Positions 1-9,671 of a DNA stretch of 64,000 nucleotides are shown here, piece by piece; within the stretch, counting starts at the first letter, position 1; each line of letters starts with the position of its first letter. The stretch covers positions 128,001-192,000 of the forward strand of contig CAVYES010000006.1 of NCBI GenBank assembly GCA_963767735.1, read 5' to 3'. This DNA comes from Candidatus Bathyarchaeota archaeon (GTDB lineage: Archaea; Thermoproteota; Bathyarchaeia; Bathyarchaeales; Bathycorpusculaceae). The notes below the pieces were generated by a model that worked only from the letters and a program-made list of their open reading frames with translations, did not search any database and had not been told where the DNA came from. Made by a program: the position numbers and the translations under genes.

Positions 1-20
1 TTGGAAATCAAGGAGCAATT

Positions 21-203
21 TTGGTTCCTGAGTTGAACATTTTACCGATACAAGGTGTTGGTAACAAAGATATTGTATGTGATAATGAAAACTGCCTTTA
101 CATGCTGGCAAAAGACGTTACCGAAAATCAAATATTAGTTTCTATCAAATGCCCATCCTGTGGAACAATAAGGAAGTCAGAAAAGGCAAAATTGAGTAAG
201 TAG
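21..203 (+). CDS. small Cys-rich (zinc-ribbon-like) protein
   Basis: CDNENC...CPSC in a 60-aa ORF; may be incomplete at the window edge. Confidence 0.4.
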   Translation: MVPELNILPIQGVGNKDIVCDNENCLYMLAKDVTENQILVSIKCPSCGTIRKSEKAKLSK

Positions 204-314
204 CTGTTGGTAAAGAGAACATGTAAGTAGAGAATCATTGGTTTTCTAGACCGGAATTGTTAAGAAAGAAGATGTTAGAGGGAAAGGAATACTTAAAAAT
301 ACAGGTGTAAAAGT

Positions 315-1031
315 TTGAGAGAGGTAGCAATCCAATTTGAGGGTTTTTCTTCTTATAATGACTTCCTTAGAAATGGCAGAATTACGGTTGGTAATGAGAT
401 AGAAATGTCAAAAGGAGTCATTCTAAGATATGAAGGAACAAGGCTTTGTGAATCAGTGGATGCGCCATCCATAACCCAATTAACGCTTTTCATAAGCATC
501 GATGTGATGCTGCCGATTGCATTGGGCTTGGTTTCAAGTTGGATTTACGATAAAATTAAAGACGAAAAAACATGCACTGTTAGAATTAATGGAATTGAGG
601 CTAAGGTAGACAAGCAAAAGATATCAGAATTATTGGCGATGGAGCTGCAAGAAAAGCCCGACTTCAAGGAGCATACTTTAAACTTGGCACTTGCCGCCAT
701 CGACGAAGGAGAATTATTAATGTCTGCTCGTACACTGTCGGGCAAGCCAATATCGTTTGATGGAAAGCGGCTCCCTTACCCGGATAACATGGTTTCTTTT
801 GCCGATTACAAACAAAACCATACAATTGAAACGATAGTTTACATAAGAGATGACGTATTAAACGCTTTTTTTGATAGAGAATTGCAGTTGTTTGCAATAG
901 CTAATAGAGACGAAGCGTTTGGCAAAAGAGTTTTCTTCGAGTCTTTATCTTTGTACTCGAATAATATTCCTTCAAGCGTCAAAGTTGAAATAATATCAAA
1001 CAAAGAAAAGAATAATACGGGTAAACAATGA
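315..1031 (+). CDS. hypothetical protein
   Basis: 238-aa ORF with AGGTG upstream; no recognised family. Confidence 0.6.
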   Translation: MREVAIQFEGFSSYNDFLRNGRITVGNEIEMSKGVILRYEGTRLCESVDAPSITQLTLFISIDVMLPIALGLVSSWIYDKIKDEKTCTVRINGIEAKVDKQKISELLAMELQEKPDFKEHTLNLALAAIDEGELLMSARTLSGKPISFDGKRLPYPDNMVSFADYKQNHTIETIVYIRDDVLNAFFDRELQLFAIANRDEAFGKRVFFESLSLYSNNIPSSVKVEIISNKEKNNTGKQ

Positions 1032-1256
1032 AATGAAAGCCATACTTCCGATAGATTAACTGGTTGAAATTATGATTCTAAAAGACTTTTCATGTTTTTT
1101 CTTGATAACGAATTTGATGATGAACTGATAAACTGAGAATATTGAGTGTTTACTAGAGGAATTACAAGGTATTCATCAAGTATTTGACCACTATTATAGC
1201 AGATGTTAGCATCAAAATACTCGATTAGCAGTGGTTGAAGTACTTCTTTCAGGATT

Positions 1257-1898
1257 CTAATCCAATGAAGGGATTATTTGTTTTTGTTCCTGTTCTACTT
1301 CTCTGTCTTCTATTTCTAATGGGAAAATTTGCCAATGCGTTTGTATTACTACAATGCCGTATGATTCAATTAATTTACGAAGTTGATATGGTACATGAGG
1401 AATTATTAGAACCCGCTTGCCAAGGTGGTTGAGGTCTATTTTCTTGTACTCTTTTAACAAATCATCGATTTGGTCTGGAAGGAAGTCATGAATAGATGTG
1501 AGTGCCCAATTCTTTATTGATAAAACGCAGAATTGTCCACCCGTTTTTAGAATTTCAATAGCAAACTCAACAGCAGTTTTTTTTCCATTCCAAATGAGTT
1601 TTGTATTGTGAAATAAAAGGTCTTCATCGCCACAAGTTATCCCTGTGGGTAAGTTAGTCTCAAACAAAATTCCTGTTGATAACATAAACAAATGGGCAAA
1701 AAACGTGGCTGTGCAAACAAAAAACCCGTTGAACCAGCATTTTAAACGGTACCCCTCTTTGTCTTTACAGTTTTTAAGCGTGTTCAGATAATATACGTGG
1801 CAGATGAAGCAAAATAGTACTCCTGTGGCTGGCTTGCGCAGGCTGTTATGTAGCAATTTCTCATTGCTAAGCATCCTTATCGGCTCAGGCTTATTCAC
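1257..1898 (-). CDS. hypothetical protein (true start probably near 1685)
   Basis: 213-aa ORF; its 5' part overlaps the + strand glycosyltransferase gene, so the start is uncertain. Confidence 0.35.
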   Translation of the reverse strand: MNKPEPIRMLSNEKLLHNSLRKPATGVLFCFICHVYYLNTLKNCKDKEGYRLKCWFNGFFVCTATFFAHLFMLSTGILFETNLPTGITCGDEDLLFHNTKLIWNGKKTAVEFAIEILKTGGQFCVLSIKNWALTSIHDFLPDQIDDLLKEYKKIDLNHLGKRVLIIPHVPYQLRKLIESYGIVVIQTHWQIFPLEIEDREVEQEQKQIIPSLD

Positions 1899-3174
1899 GT
1901 TTGCCGCGGGACCCTTCTTTAACAGCGATTCAACGCTTGAATTTCAAGTTGCCTCAAACGTTATAAAAACCGGCATGCCCTACATGCAGACGGGTTACCT
2001 TCTTAACCAGCCGCCCCTGGGATTCTACATTGACTCCATATGTTTTCGCCTGGTCGGCTTGTCTTTTAGCAACGGCGCAGCATTCATAACGCTTTTTGGC
2101 TTGGGCAGCGTACTGCTGGTTTACCTCATTGGCAAAGAATGGTATGGCAAAACAACAGGTTTGTTTGCCGCAGCAATTTTCGCCCTAACGCCCTGGCAAC
2201 TGGTCTTCTCAAGAACGTTTCTCATCGATGCCCAATGCCTCTTTTTCAGCCTACTCTCGTTGCTCGTAGGCGTTTACGCGGTCAAGCGGGATTCAACTAA
2301 GCTTTTCATGGCGTCCGCCGTCATTTTTAGTTTGGCGTTTGCAACAAAACTCTACGCTGTCTTCATGCTTGTCCCACTAGCCCTATTCTACTTCCGCTAC
2401 AGGCAGAAAAGCCTAAAGCGCCCCTACGTGGTTTTAGCGTTTTTTGTGCCTCTGGTCATTTTTAGTTTTGCCTGGTACCAGTTTATCTGCCAGGGAAGCG
2501 TGATTAACCTGTTCCGTCATGATGATTTTACCCATTTTAACCCTTCCAACGGCATGCCCTCACCTTTCTTCGCAGCAAACTACCTGTGGATCAATTTAGG
2601 CGGGTTCATCTTGGCTGCAACCGCGTTTTCCATCGCCGTCTCCCTGGGACAAAAGCAGCTTTTCAAAAAAACCCTTCCCCTTGACCTGATATGCTTAGCT
2701 ACAATAGTAGCGGTGGCGGGAGTCGACACTTTCATGGGTGTAGCATTAAACTATCAAGCGCCTTTCACGGGCGCGGTAAAATACAATTATCAACTTCTGC
2801 CATTCATCTGCCTGCTTGCAGCCTCAATTATAAGCAAATTCCAAACGCTTTTCGGCACATTAAAAAAGAAGCTTAATCCCTCGCTCCTTTTTTTTGCGGT
2901 GGCCGCGGTCGGCGTTGCCCTGTTTCTTAAGGCTCTTTTTGAGGACTTCCGCAACGTGAGCTTGTATTCGGAATTGGATTACTTGGTTTTTTGGGCGCAG
3001 AGGCTCACCGCAGGCTATTCATTTAGAAGTTCTGCGCCTATCAGCCCGCTGAGCGCTTTGGCGCATGTTCAGTACTTGGGGTTTGCATTGGTTCTTTCAG
3101 GCTTAACTTGGGCAGTGCTAAACGATAAACCACTAAACGAAGCTTTTGAAAAAATCAGGGTCAGATTGGGGTAG
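1804..3174 (+). CDS. GT-C fold glycosyltransferase (ArnT/PMT-like, GT39/GT83)
   Basis: Multi-TM protein; NQPPLGFY, LVYLIGKEWYGKTTGLFAA, SRTFLID and LAFATK motifs typical of PMT_2. Confidence 0.85.
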   Translation: MKQNSTPVAGLRRLLCSNFSLLSILIGSGLFTFAAGPFFNSDSTLEFQVASNVIKTGMPYMQTGYLLNQPPLGFYIDSICFRLVGLSFSNGAAFITLFGLGSVLLVYLIGKEWYGKTTGLFAAAIFALTPWQLVFSRTFLIDAQCLFFSLLSLLVGVYAVKRDSTKLFMASAVIFSLAFATKLYAVFMLVPLALFYFRYRQKSLKRPYVVLAFFVPLVIFSFAWYQFICQGSVINLFRHDDFTHFNPSNGMPSPFFAANYLWINLGGFILAATAFSIAVSLGQKQLFKKTLPLDLICLATIVAVAGVDTFMGVALNYQAPFTGAVKYNYQLLPFICLLAASIISKFQTLFGTLKKKLNPSLLFFAVAAVGVALFLKALFEDFRNVSLYSELDYLVFWAQRLTAGYSFRSSAPISPLSALAHVQYLGFALVLSGLTWAVLNDKPLNEAFEKIRVRLG

Positions 3175-3175
3175 G

Positions 3176-3630
3176 CTAGCTTTTGGCGTTTAACAGATTT
3201 CTGGCCATTCCTGCGGCTATGTTTAAACAGTGAATGTCGCCGTTGTCTGTGCCTACGTAGACGCTCCAGTTATAGATGGCTGGTGACGACCACACTTCAT
3301 TTCCAGCTGGATATTTCCATACTGTTTCCCCATTGGAGGCGTTGAGGCAGTAAACTTGGCTATCCCTTGAGCCTACAAAAACGTAGCCTTCCACGACCGC
3401 AGGGGATGACTGCACCATTCGCCTGTTGTGTAATTCCACAAGAGTTAGCCGAGTTGGTTTGGCTGTTTTCAGTCGCGAGACCGTTTGTGGTTTGGATTTT
3501 GGCGGAACATTGTCCAATCGTTGATGCTGGAACTGGCGCTGCTGCCTGAAGCTGCCGACATGCAAATTGATATAACTAGAATGACACAAATGAGGCTAAT
3601 TAGTAGCCAGTTGAGTTTTCGCATTGCCAT
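3176..3630 (-). pseudogene. truncated, frameshifted PQQ-type beta-propeller paralog
   Basis: Frame 1: MRKLNWLL...DWTMFRQNPNH then stop. Frame 2: SSPAVVEGYVFVGSRDSQVYCLNASNG. Mirrors the N-terminus of 3786-6218. Confidence 0.75.
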
Positions 3631-3785
3631 CCTTACAATTGACCACATGTAAAATTAGAATATTAAACTAATTGAACTTCGAGACGCATTTGTTTGGGTC
3701 CCAGTAGACCAGCCACCTTACCGAAATGTTTCTTGTGCTAAAATTTTAGATGTAGAAAAATAATTGATTGGCGTTGCTGTTTATG

Positions 3786-6218
3786 TTAATGCTGTTTCCA
3801 GAATCTTTTAGCTGTTTCAAACGCTTTTTTTGGATTTAGATACTTTGATAGCTGATATGTTTTCTTTGATAGTTGATATAGAAGGCTGCTTATTGCTATG
3901 GCGAAAGCTGGGAAAGCTGGAAGAATATACCAGAAAAGTTTTGACTGAGCAAAAGTAAACACCGCAAGCACAAGTGACATCCAAAGGAGAATTAAAGTGT
4001 CCTCTTTGAAACGCTTGATAACCGCCTTGAATGCGCAGAGTCCCGCAGCGAAAGGCAGCAATACTACCCAAAGTAGGTTTTCGTTATTGGCTAAATAATT
4101 AAAATAGTAAAGGTAATTTCCGACGTGACCCTCAACGGTACCAACTGTTCGCGTAACGTCATCGTACACAAAATACCAGTACCAGAACTGTGATCCAAAA
4201 CGGGCGTTCATATAGATTAGCCATGGAGAAAAAACCAGAATACCTACTCCCCAAAAAAGGGTAAAGTGTTTTGTTAGGAGAAACCTGATGTTTCTGCGTG
4301 TTGCGATGAGATACGTGAAGATGATTAGTGGAATGAGTAAGGCTTCTATCTGTTTTGTCATTAGCGCCAACCCGAAAAATAAGCCGCTTAACGCTGCGTA
4401 ACGGTAGGGTTTTTCTGTTTTTTCGCTTAAAACAAAAAAGTACAAGCTGCCCAAAATAAAGAAAACTAGTGGAACATCGGTCATTGCGAGTCGTGCAAAC
4501 ACGTAGAAGGTTGTAAATGTGCCTAAAACTATAGCTGACAGAAATCCTACGTAGACATTGTAGAGTTTTTTTCCTAAATAGAAGACAAGCACCAAAGATA
4601 ACGTGCCAAATACGGCGCTGAAAAACCTTGACGAGAAATTGTTAACGCCGAAGATCTGGTAGGAAAGAGATATCACCCACATGCTAAGAGGCGGCTTGCC
4701 TGACCAAAATAACCCGCCAAAAGCCCATGGGGTTAGGTAATCTCCTGTTTTAACCATGTGGTATGCCCATTGAGAGTACGTTTGCTCGTCGGTAGCCCAA
4801 AGATGTCCGCTTCCTAAATTTACGAAGAATATTGTTGAAAAACCCAGAATTGCCAAAACACAAAGCGAATCGGTGTGTGCTGAAAACCAAGATTGATTTT
4901 GGTCAGAAATCTTTGAGGCTTCAGCGTTTCGCTTAGCCCGTCTAGTTGAGCGAACAAATAGGCTAACTGCAAAAACAATCACGACCACTACGGAACCCGC
5001 AATCATATCAAATGCAATCGTGATCCACGCTGGAGCGCTAGTAGAGTGCAAAAGTGTTGTTCCAGTATTCGAATAGGATAAGGCAAAAGCGTAGATGTGA
5101 TTGTCATCGGAACCCACGTATAGGGTATTGTTGGCGATGGCTGGTGAGGAGTCCACGAAATTTCCAGTTTGGTAACTCCATTGCTTTGTTCCCGTGGTGG
5201 CGTTGAGGCAGTAGATGTTGTTGTCTTCTGACCCGACGTAGACGTTGCCGTTTGCAACTGCAGGTGAAGACAAGACCCAGTACCCTGTTGGAGTTTGCCA
5301 TATTTTCTGGCCGTTTGTTGCGTTTAGGCAGTAGATGTTGTTGTCTTCTGAGCCTATGTAGATGCATCCGTAGGCGACGGCTGGCGAAGAGGTTACTGAA
5401 TCTTGGGTTTGAAATTTCCAAATCTGAGCGCCTGTGGAAGCATTCAAACCACAAACGTAGCCGTCGTATGAGCCTATGTAAACGTAACCGTCGTATACAC
5501 TAGGAGACGAGATTGTGGTTCCAGTGTGGTGGTTCCATATCTGGCTACCTGTAGATGCATTAAGAGCGTAAACTAAAAAGTTCGAGGCAACGTACACTAC
5601 GCCGTCTGAGACGGCAGGCGACGACTCAACCTGGCCACCAGTAGTGCAATTCCATAGTCGATTGCCGTTTGTAGCGTTCAAAGCATAAACGTTGCCGTCA
5701 TAGGAGCCAATGTAGACTACGCCTCCAACAACGGCAGGAGACGAATAAAAACTGCCCGAAGCCGGCTCAACAATGCTGCCAATAGTGTAATTCCAGAGAA
5801 CTGCGCCGTTTGTAGCGTTCAAAGCATAAACGTTGCCGTTAAAGGAGCCTACGTAGACTCGCCCGTTATAGAGGGTAGGTGACGACCCGACTGCACTTCC
5901 AGTATTGTAGTACCATACTAATTCGCCGTTGGAAGAATTGAGACAGTAAACAGCCCCGTCGTAGGAACCTACGTAAACGAAGCCGTTAGCTACTGCAGGC
6001 GAAGAGAAAACGCTCGCCATAGTTGTGAAATTCCACAGGAGTTTGGCGGAATTCATTGAACCATTACCAACTGCAGTGCCGCTGTGGCTTGGGTTATCAC
6101 GAAACATCGTCCAATCGCTGCTGGGATTGGTGCTGGCACATGAGGCAACCGAGATGCAGCATGACAAAATTAAAAGAAGAGAAATAATGACTATTAGTGT
6201 CAGCTTGTGGTTTCTCAA
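3786..6218 (-). CDS. PQQ-like beta-propeller repeat domain fused to GT-C (ArnT/PMT-like) glycosyltransferase
   Basis: Signal peptide, about 8 SSPAVxxGxVYxGSxDxxxYxLNAxxG repeats, TM, then DEQTY...KPPL...ARLAMTD...LALMTK GT-C motifs. Confidence 0.9.
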   Translation of the reverse strand: MRNHKLTLIVIISLLLILSCCISVASCASTNPSSDWTMFRDNPSHSGTAVGNGSMNSAKLLWNFTTMASVFSSPAVANGFVYVGSYDGAVYCLNSSNGELVWYYNTGSAVGSSPTLYNGRVYVGSFNGNVYALNATNGAVLWNYTIGSIVEPASGSFYSSPAVVGGVVYIGSYDGNVYALNATNGNRLWNCTTGGQVESSPAVSDGVVYVASNFLVYALNASTGSQIWNHHTGTTISSPSVYDGYVYIGSYDGYVCGLNASTGAQIWKFQTQDSVTSSPAVAYGCIYIGSEDNNIYCLNATNGQKIWQTPTGYWVLSSPAVANGNVYVGSEDNNIYCLNATTGTKQWSYQTGNFVDSSPAIANNTLYVGSDDNHIYAFALSYSNTGTTLLHSTSAPAWITIAFDMIAGSVVVVIVFAVSLFVRSTRRAKRNAEASKISDQNQSWFSAHTDSLCVLAILGFSTIFFVNLGSGHLWATDEQTYSQWAYHMVKTGDYLTPWAFGGLFWSGKPPLSMWVISLSYQIFGVNNFSSRFFSAVFGTLSLVLVFYLGKKLYNVYVGFLSAIVLGTFTTFYVFARLAMTDVPLVFFILGSLYFFVLSEKTEKPYRYAALSGLFFGLALMTKQIEALLIPLIIFTYLIATRRNIRFLLTKHFTLFWGVGILVFSPWLIYMNARFGSQFWYWYFVYDDVTRTVGTVEGHVGNYLYYFNYLANNENLLWVVLLPFAAGLCAFKAVIKRFKEDTLILLWMSLVLAVFTFAQSKLFWYILPAFPAFAIAISSLLYQLSKKTYQLSKYLNPKKAFETAKRFWKQH

Positions 6219-6309
6219 TTGCCATTTCTCACAAGTGTAAGCACATGTAAGAGTAGAGATATTAAACTAATTGGACTTAGAGGTAAGAAGGCGCTTTCTG
6301 GGTTCAGGG

Positions 6310-7788
6310 TCAAAATAAGTTTCTTATATATTTCAAAATGAGTTGTGGCTGATCAAATGCTTCCTTCAATGACTTCCGTGGATTTTTAATAAGATTCAAT
6401 AAAGATAATTTCTTATACTCCTCAAGCGCCTTGGACGCTATCTCCTTCACTTCTTGAGCGGTAAAATCTTCAGTTGAAATCAACGGCATGCCCTTCGGTT
6501 GACGTGCTTCGGCAAAAGAGTTCCAAGTCAAATCTTCCTGAATGTACCCTTCTGCTTTACACTCATCATACAATCTTGTCCCGTATGAGGGTGTAGCGAT
6601 AAAGAGGTGCATGCCAACGTCAAAATCGCGTTTAAGCTTTAAAGCAAAATCAACGGTTTTCTGCATGTTCTCTTTCTTTTCGCCTGGAAAGCCAATAATA
6701 TAGAATGCGCCTGTTTTCAGATCGATGTCTTTGCAGATTTTTGCAACTTCAACTACGCGGTTCAAGTCTAGGCTCTTGCAGATTACATCGTTTAAGATTT
6801 GTTGGTCGCCTGACTCAACGCCGAAAAAGACGCTTTGGCAACCTGATTTTTTCATTTTTTCCAGCAGACTCAAGTTTAAACAGTCTGCTCGGACTCCATT
6901 TGGCGTTTCCCAACCGATCTTGATTTTTTTCTCAATTAAGCCGTTGCAGATGGCTTCGAACCTTGCAAGGTCAAAGGTTAAGTTGTCATCTTCAAAGAAA
7001 ATGTTTTTAACATTAAATTTTTCCACAACAAACTGGATATGGTTGAGAACGTAACTTGCGGAGTGCGCCCTAAACTGCTTGCCCATGTGCAAATGGACCG
7101 AACAGAAACAGCAGTTAAAGGGGCAACCTCTGCTGGTGATCATGGATATTGCCCTGTTTCTGAAGCTGCGGTAACCTATCTTTTTTGGGCTGAGGTATTG
7201 TTCCATATCTACTAGGTCGTATGCTGGGTAGGGAAGCTCATCCAAGTTTTCGATGAAAGGTCTCGGGGAATTTACTTTGACTTCTCCATCCTTACGGTAG
7301 GCGACGCCGAGAATTTCGTTTAACTGTTTTTTTCCTTCAAAATGCTGCGCTAAATCAAGCATTGCGTATTCGCCTTCGCCTGTAACTGCAACGTCAACGT
7401 TTTTTGCTTCTTCAAGAAAGTCTTTTGGAACCGTGGTTACGTGTGGACCGCCCACAACTGTTAAAATGCTTTGGTCAACTTGCTTGGCTAAATTGCTTAT
7501 TTTAACCGAATTTTCTATTTGGCAAGTGAATGGTCCTGCCACACCAACAATATCGGGTTTCCGACTGTAAATTTCCTGCTTTATGTGCTCAAAAGGCATG
7601 CCAACGTTTATGGTTTCGCCATTTTTCAGGAATTTGCCATCGCTCATAAAAGCATCTAAAATTTCAGTTTTGTAATCTGCCTTCTCAAGTACTGCAGCGA
7701 TGTACATTAAGCCAAGAGGCAGATTGCCTGCCGGCTGATCAGAACCTGGATAAAATACCTGCGGCGGATTGATGAGAAGCACTTTCAT
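6310..7788 (-). CDS. cobalamin-binding radical SAM protein
   Basis: PLGLMYIAA/GGPH B12 domain; SRGCPFNCCFC (CX3CX2C); GVESG; IIGFPGE. Confidence 0.9.
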   Translation of the reverse strand: MKVLLINPPQVFYPGSDQPAGNLPLGLMYIAAVLEKADYKTEILDAFMSDGKFLKNGETINVGMPFEHIKQEIYSRKPDIVGVAGPFTCQIENSVKISNLAKQVDQSILTVVGGPHVTTVPKDFLEEAKNVDVAVTGEGEYAMLDLAQHFEGKKQLNEILGVAYRKDGEVKVNSPRPFIENLDELPYPAYDLVDMEQYLSPKKIGYRSFRNRAISMITSRGCPFNCCFCSVHLHMGKQFRAHSASYVLNHIQFVVEKFNVKNIFFEDDNLTFDLARFEAICNGLIEKKIKIGWETPNGVRADCLNLSLLEKMKKSGCQSVFFGVESGDQQILNDVICKSLDLNRVVEVAKICKDIDLKTGAFYIIGFPGEKKENMQKTVDFALKLKRDFDVGMHLFIATPSYGTRLYDECKAEGYIQEDLTWNSFAEARQPKGMPLISTEDFTAQEVKEIASKALEEYKKLSLLNLIKNPRKSLKEAFDQPQLILKYIRNLF

Positions 7789-8030
7789 TAAGGTTACCCA
7801 ATGATTATAAAGTTGACCTGCCCGAGATATTTAAATTAACTTGCGAATCTATTTGCCATTGAATATTGCTGTTGGTTAGCTGTTTTTTTGTATATTTCTT
7901 CATATGAAATAATCTTCCATTTTTGCTTAGTTGGCATGTTGCTGTTATACTACAATCACATAAGTTTATGAGCGGTCATTCGGCTCTACTCTTAATAACT
8001 TTTCCCTTGTTTAATAGGAGGTGACTTTTT

Positions 8031-8348
8031 TTGAGTATACGTGAAGAAAACAGAAAAGGCAAGATGACTGTTGCGGAGGCAGGAAGGAAAGGCGGCGAAA
8101 AAACCGCTCAAACTCATGGACGAGAGTTTTATGAGGAAATCGGTCGCAAAGGTGGCGAGAAAGTTTCCCAAGAGCGAGGTCCAGAATTCTATAGTGAAAT
8201 AGGCAGCAAAGGTGGTTCTGAGCGGGCTAAGCAGCATGAAGGTACGAGCGAAGCTATGGGAAAAACAAGCCTTGAAGAAGCAGGTCATAGAGGTGGACAA
8301 AGAGTCCGGAAACTAATTCAAGCGGGCAAAGAGCATGAAGAAGAATAA
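8031..8348 (+). CDS. KGG-repeat / Em-like (GsiB/LEA group 1-like) stress protein
   Basis: MTVAEAGRKGG, EFYEEIGRKGG and EFYSEIGSKGG repeats; GGAGGTGA SD at 8017-8024. Confidence 0.9.
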   Translation: MSIREENRKGKMTVAEAGRKGGEKTAQTHGREFYEEIGRKGGEKVSQERGPEFYSEIGSKGGSERAKQHEGTSEAMGKTSLEEAGHRGGQRVRKLIQAGKEHEEE

Positions 8349-8435
8349 AAAAAGCTTATTTTTGTAACCGCTTGTTAATTTTCCCTTTCTTTAGATATCA
8401 ACTGCTTTGTTTTTTTTTAGTGGAGGTGAACGACG

Positions 8436-8630
8436 TTGTCGAGAGAGGAGAGAAAAGGTAAAATGACCGTTGAAGAAGCCGGAAGGAAAGGCGGACTGAA
8501 AACAGCTGAAACTCATGGAGAAGAATTCTATAGTGAAATTGGCCGTAAGGGTGGCAAAATAGGCGGACCGAAAGGTGGGCAAAGAGTCCGTAAACTTGTT
8601 GAAGCGGGAAAAGCCCACGAAGAAGAATAG
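8436..8630 (+). CDS. KGG-repeat / Em-like stress protein
   Basis: MTVEEAGRKGG...EFYSEIGRKGG; GGAGGTGA SD. Confidence 0.9.
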   Translation: MSREERKGKMTVEEAGRKGGLKTAETHGEEFYSEIGRKGGKIGGPKGGQRVRKLVEAGKAHEEE

Positions 8631-8874
8631 AAAAAACCACGTTGGAACTTAATTAAAATTTGAAGGCTATTCGAGATTTTTCCACGTTTGAGTTTTGACT
8701 TAATTTATGGGTCTAAATTCCTTTTTAATCTGAAAAAAAGCTCTTCTAGTTGTTGCTGTGCTCAGACAGCCACATATATTTAAAAGGTTTGCTTCGGGCT
8801 AGAAAATTAAGAAAGCGACTATTTGTCGGCGGTGTTGCAAAAAGCGTGAACATGCTCTTTGGAGGTGATATTTT

Positions 8875-9132
8875 TTGAGTGAATTGAGAAAGAAGGGCAA
8901 GATGACTGTTGCGGAGGCTGGTCGGTTGGGTGGAGAGAAGACGTCTGAGACTCATGGGTCTGAATTTTACAGTGCAATCGGCAGCAAAGGTGGTTCTCAG
9001 CGAGCAAAGCAGCATGAAGGTACATTGGAAGCAAGAGGAAAAACAAGTCTTGAAGAAGCAGGTCATAGAGGAGGACAAAAAGTTCGCAGGCTTATTCAAG
9101 CAGGAAAGGAATACGGGGAAGGAGAAGAATAA
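8875..9132 (+). CDS. KGG-repeat / Em-like stress protein
   Basis: MTVAEAGRLGG...EFYSAIGSKGG...EEAGHRGG; GGAGGTGA SD. Confidence 0.9.
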   Translation: MSELRKKGKMTVAEAGRLGGEKTSETHGSEFYSAIGSKGGSQRAKQHEGTLEARGKTSLEEAGHRGGQKVRRLIQAGKEYGEGEE

Positions 9133-9220
9133 AATTTTTAAGGAATTTTAAGCATTTTTGGGATTTTAAAGCATTTTGGGTTCCAAATGTGTTTTGTTTT
9201 CCTTAATAAGTGCTTAACTG

Positions 9221-9385
9221 AAAGAAAACTCATCGAGCGTTGAAGAAGTTGCGAGGAAAGGCACGCGGAAAAGCGGCGCAAGATCTGTGAGGCACATAAG
9301 TGAGATTTCTGTTAATAAAATAATGTAGTAAGGTTTTCGCGTCGGGAAATAATGCGAGCGTAGGGCAAGAGATTGGCCGCAGGTT
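9221..9385 (+). pseudogene. decayed KGG-repeat gene remnant
   Basis: Translates KENSSSVEEVARKG... and later GQEIGRR, with stops and no start codon. Confidence 0.45.
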
Positions 9386-9428
9386 AATTTTTGAAGATTT
9401 TTTTCATGAAATTTAGTTTATCTTATTT

Positions 9429-9614
9429 TTGGAGGTGACGTGTTTAAAGGAATCGAGGAATAAGGGCAAGATGACTGTTGCGGAGGCTGGTCGGATGGGC
9501 GGACGGAAGACGTCTGAGACTCATGGTTCTGAATTTTACAGTGCAATCGGCAGCAAAGGCGGACTAAAAGTTCGAAAACTCATTGAGGAAGGAAAAGAAC
9601 ATGAGAGAGAATAA
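9429..9614 (+). CDS. KGG-repeat / Em-like stress protein (start uncertain, possibly ATG 9471)
   Basis: KGKMTVAEAGRMGG...EFYSAIGSKGG; nucleotide near-identity to the 8875 copy. Confidence 0.8.
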   Translation: MEVTCLKESRNKGKMTVAEAGRMGGRKTSETHGSEFYSAIGSKGGLKVRKLIEEGKEHERE

Positions 9615-9671
9615 ACTGCAAACATTTTTATTTTTTTTTAGTCAACTCGTTCAAGAGTAAGGAGGTGAAGG

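Noticed and set aside
7968-7979. ATGA-N4-TCAT upstream of the KGG array as a copy of the 12461 operator
   Set aside because: Shorter arms and different spacing; too weak to claim
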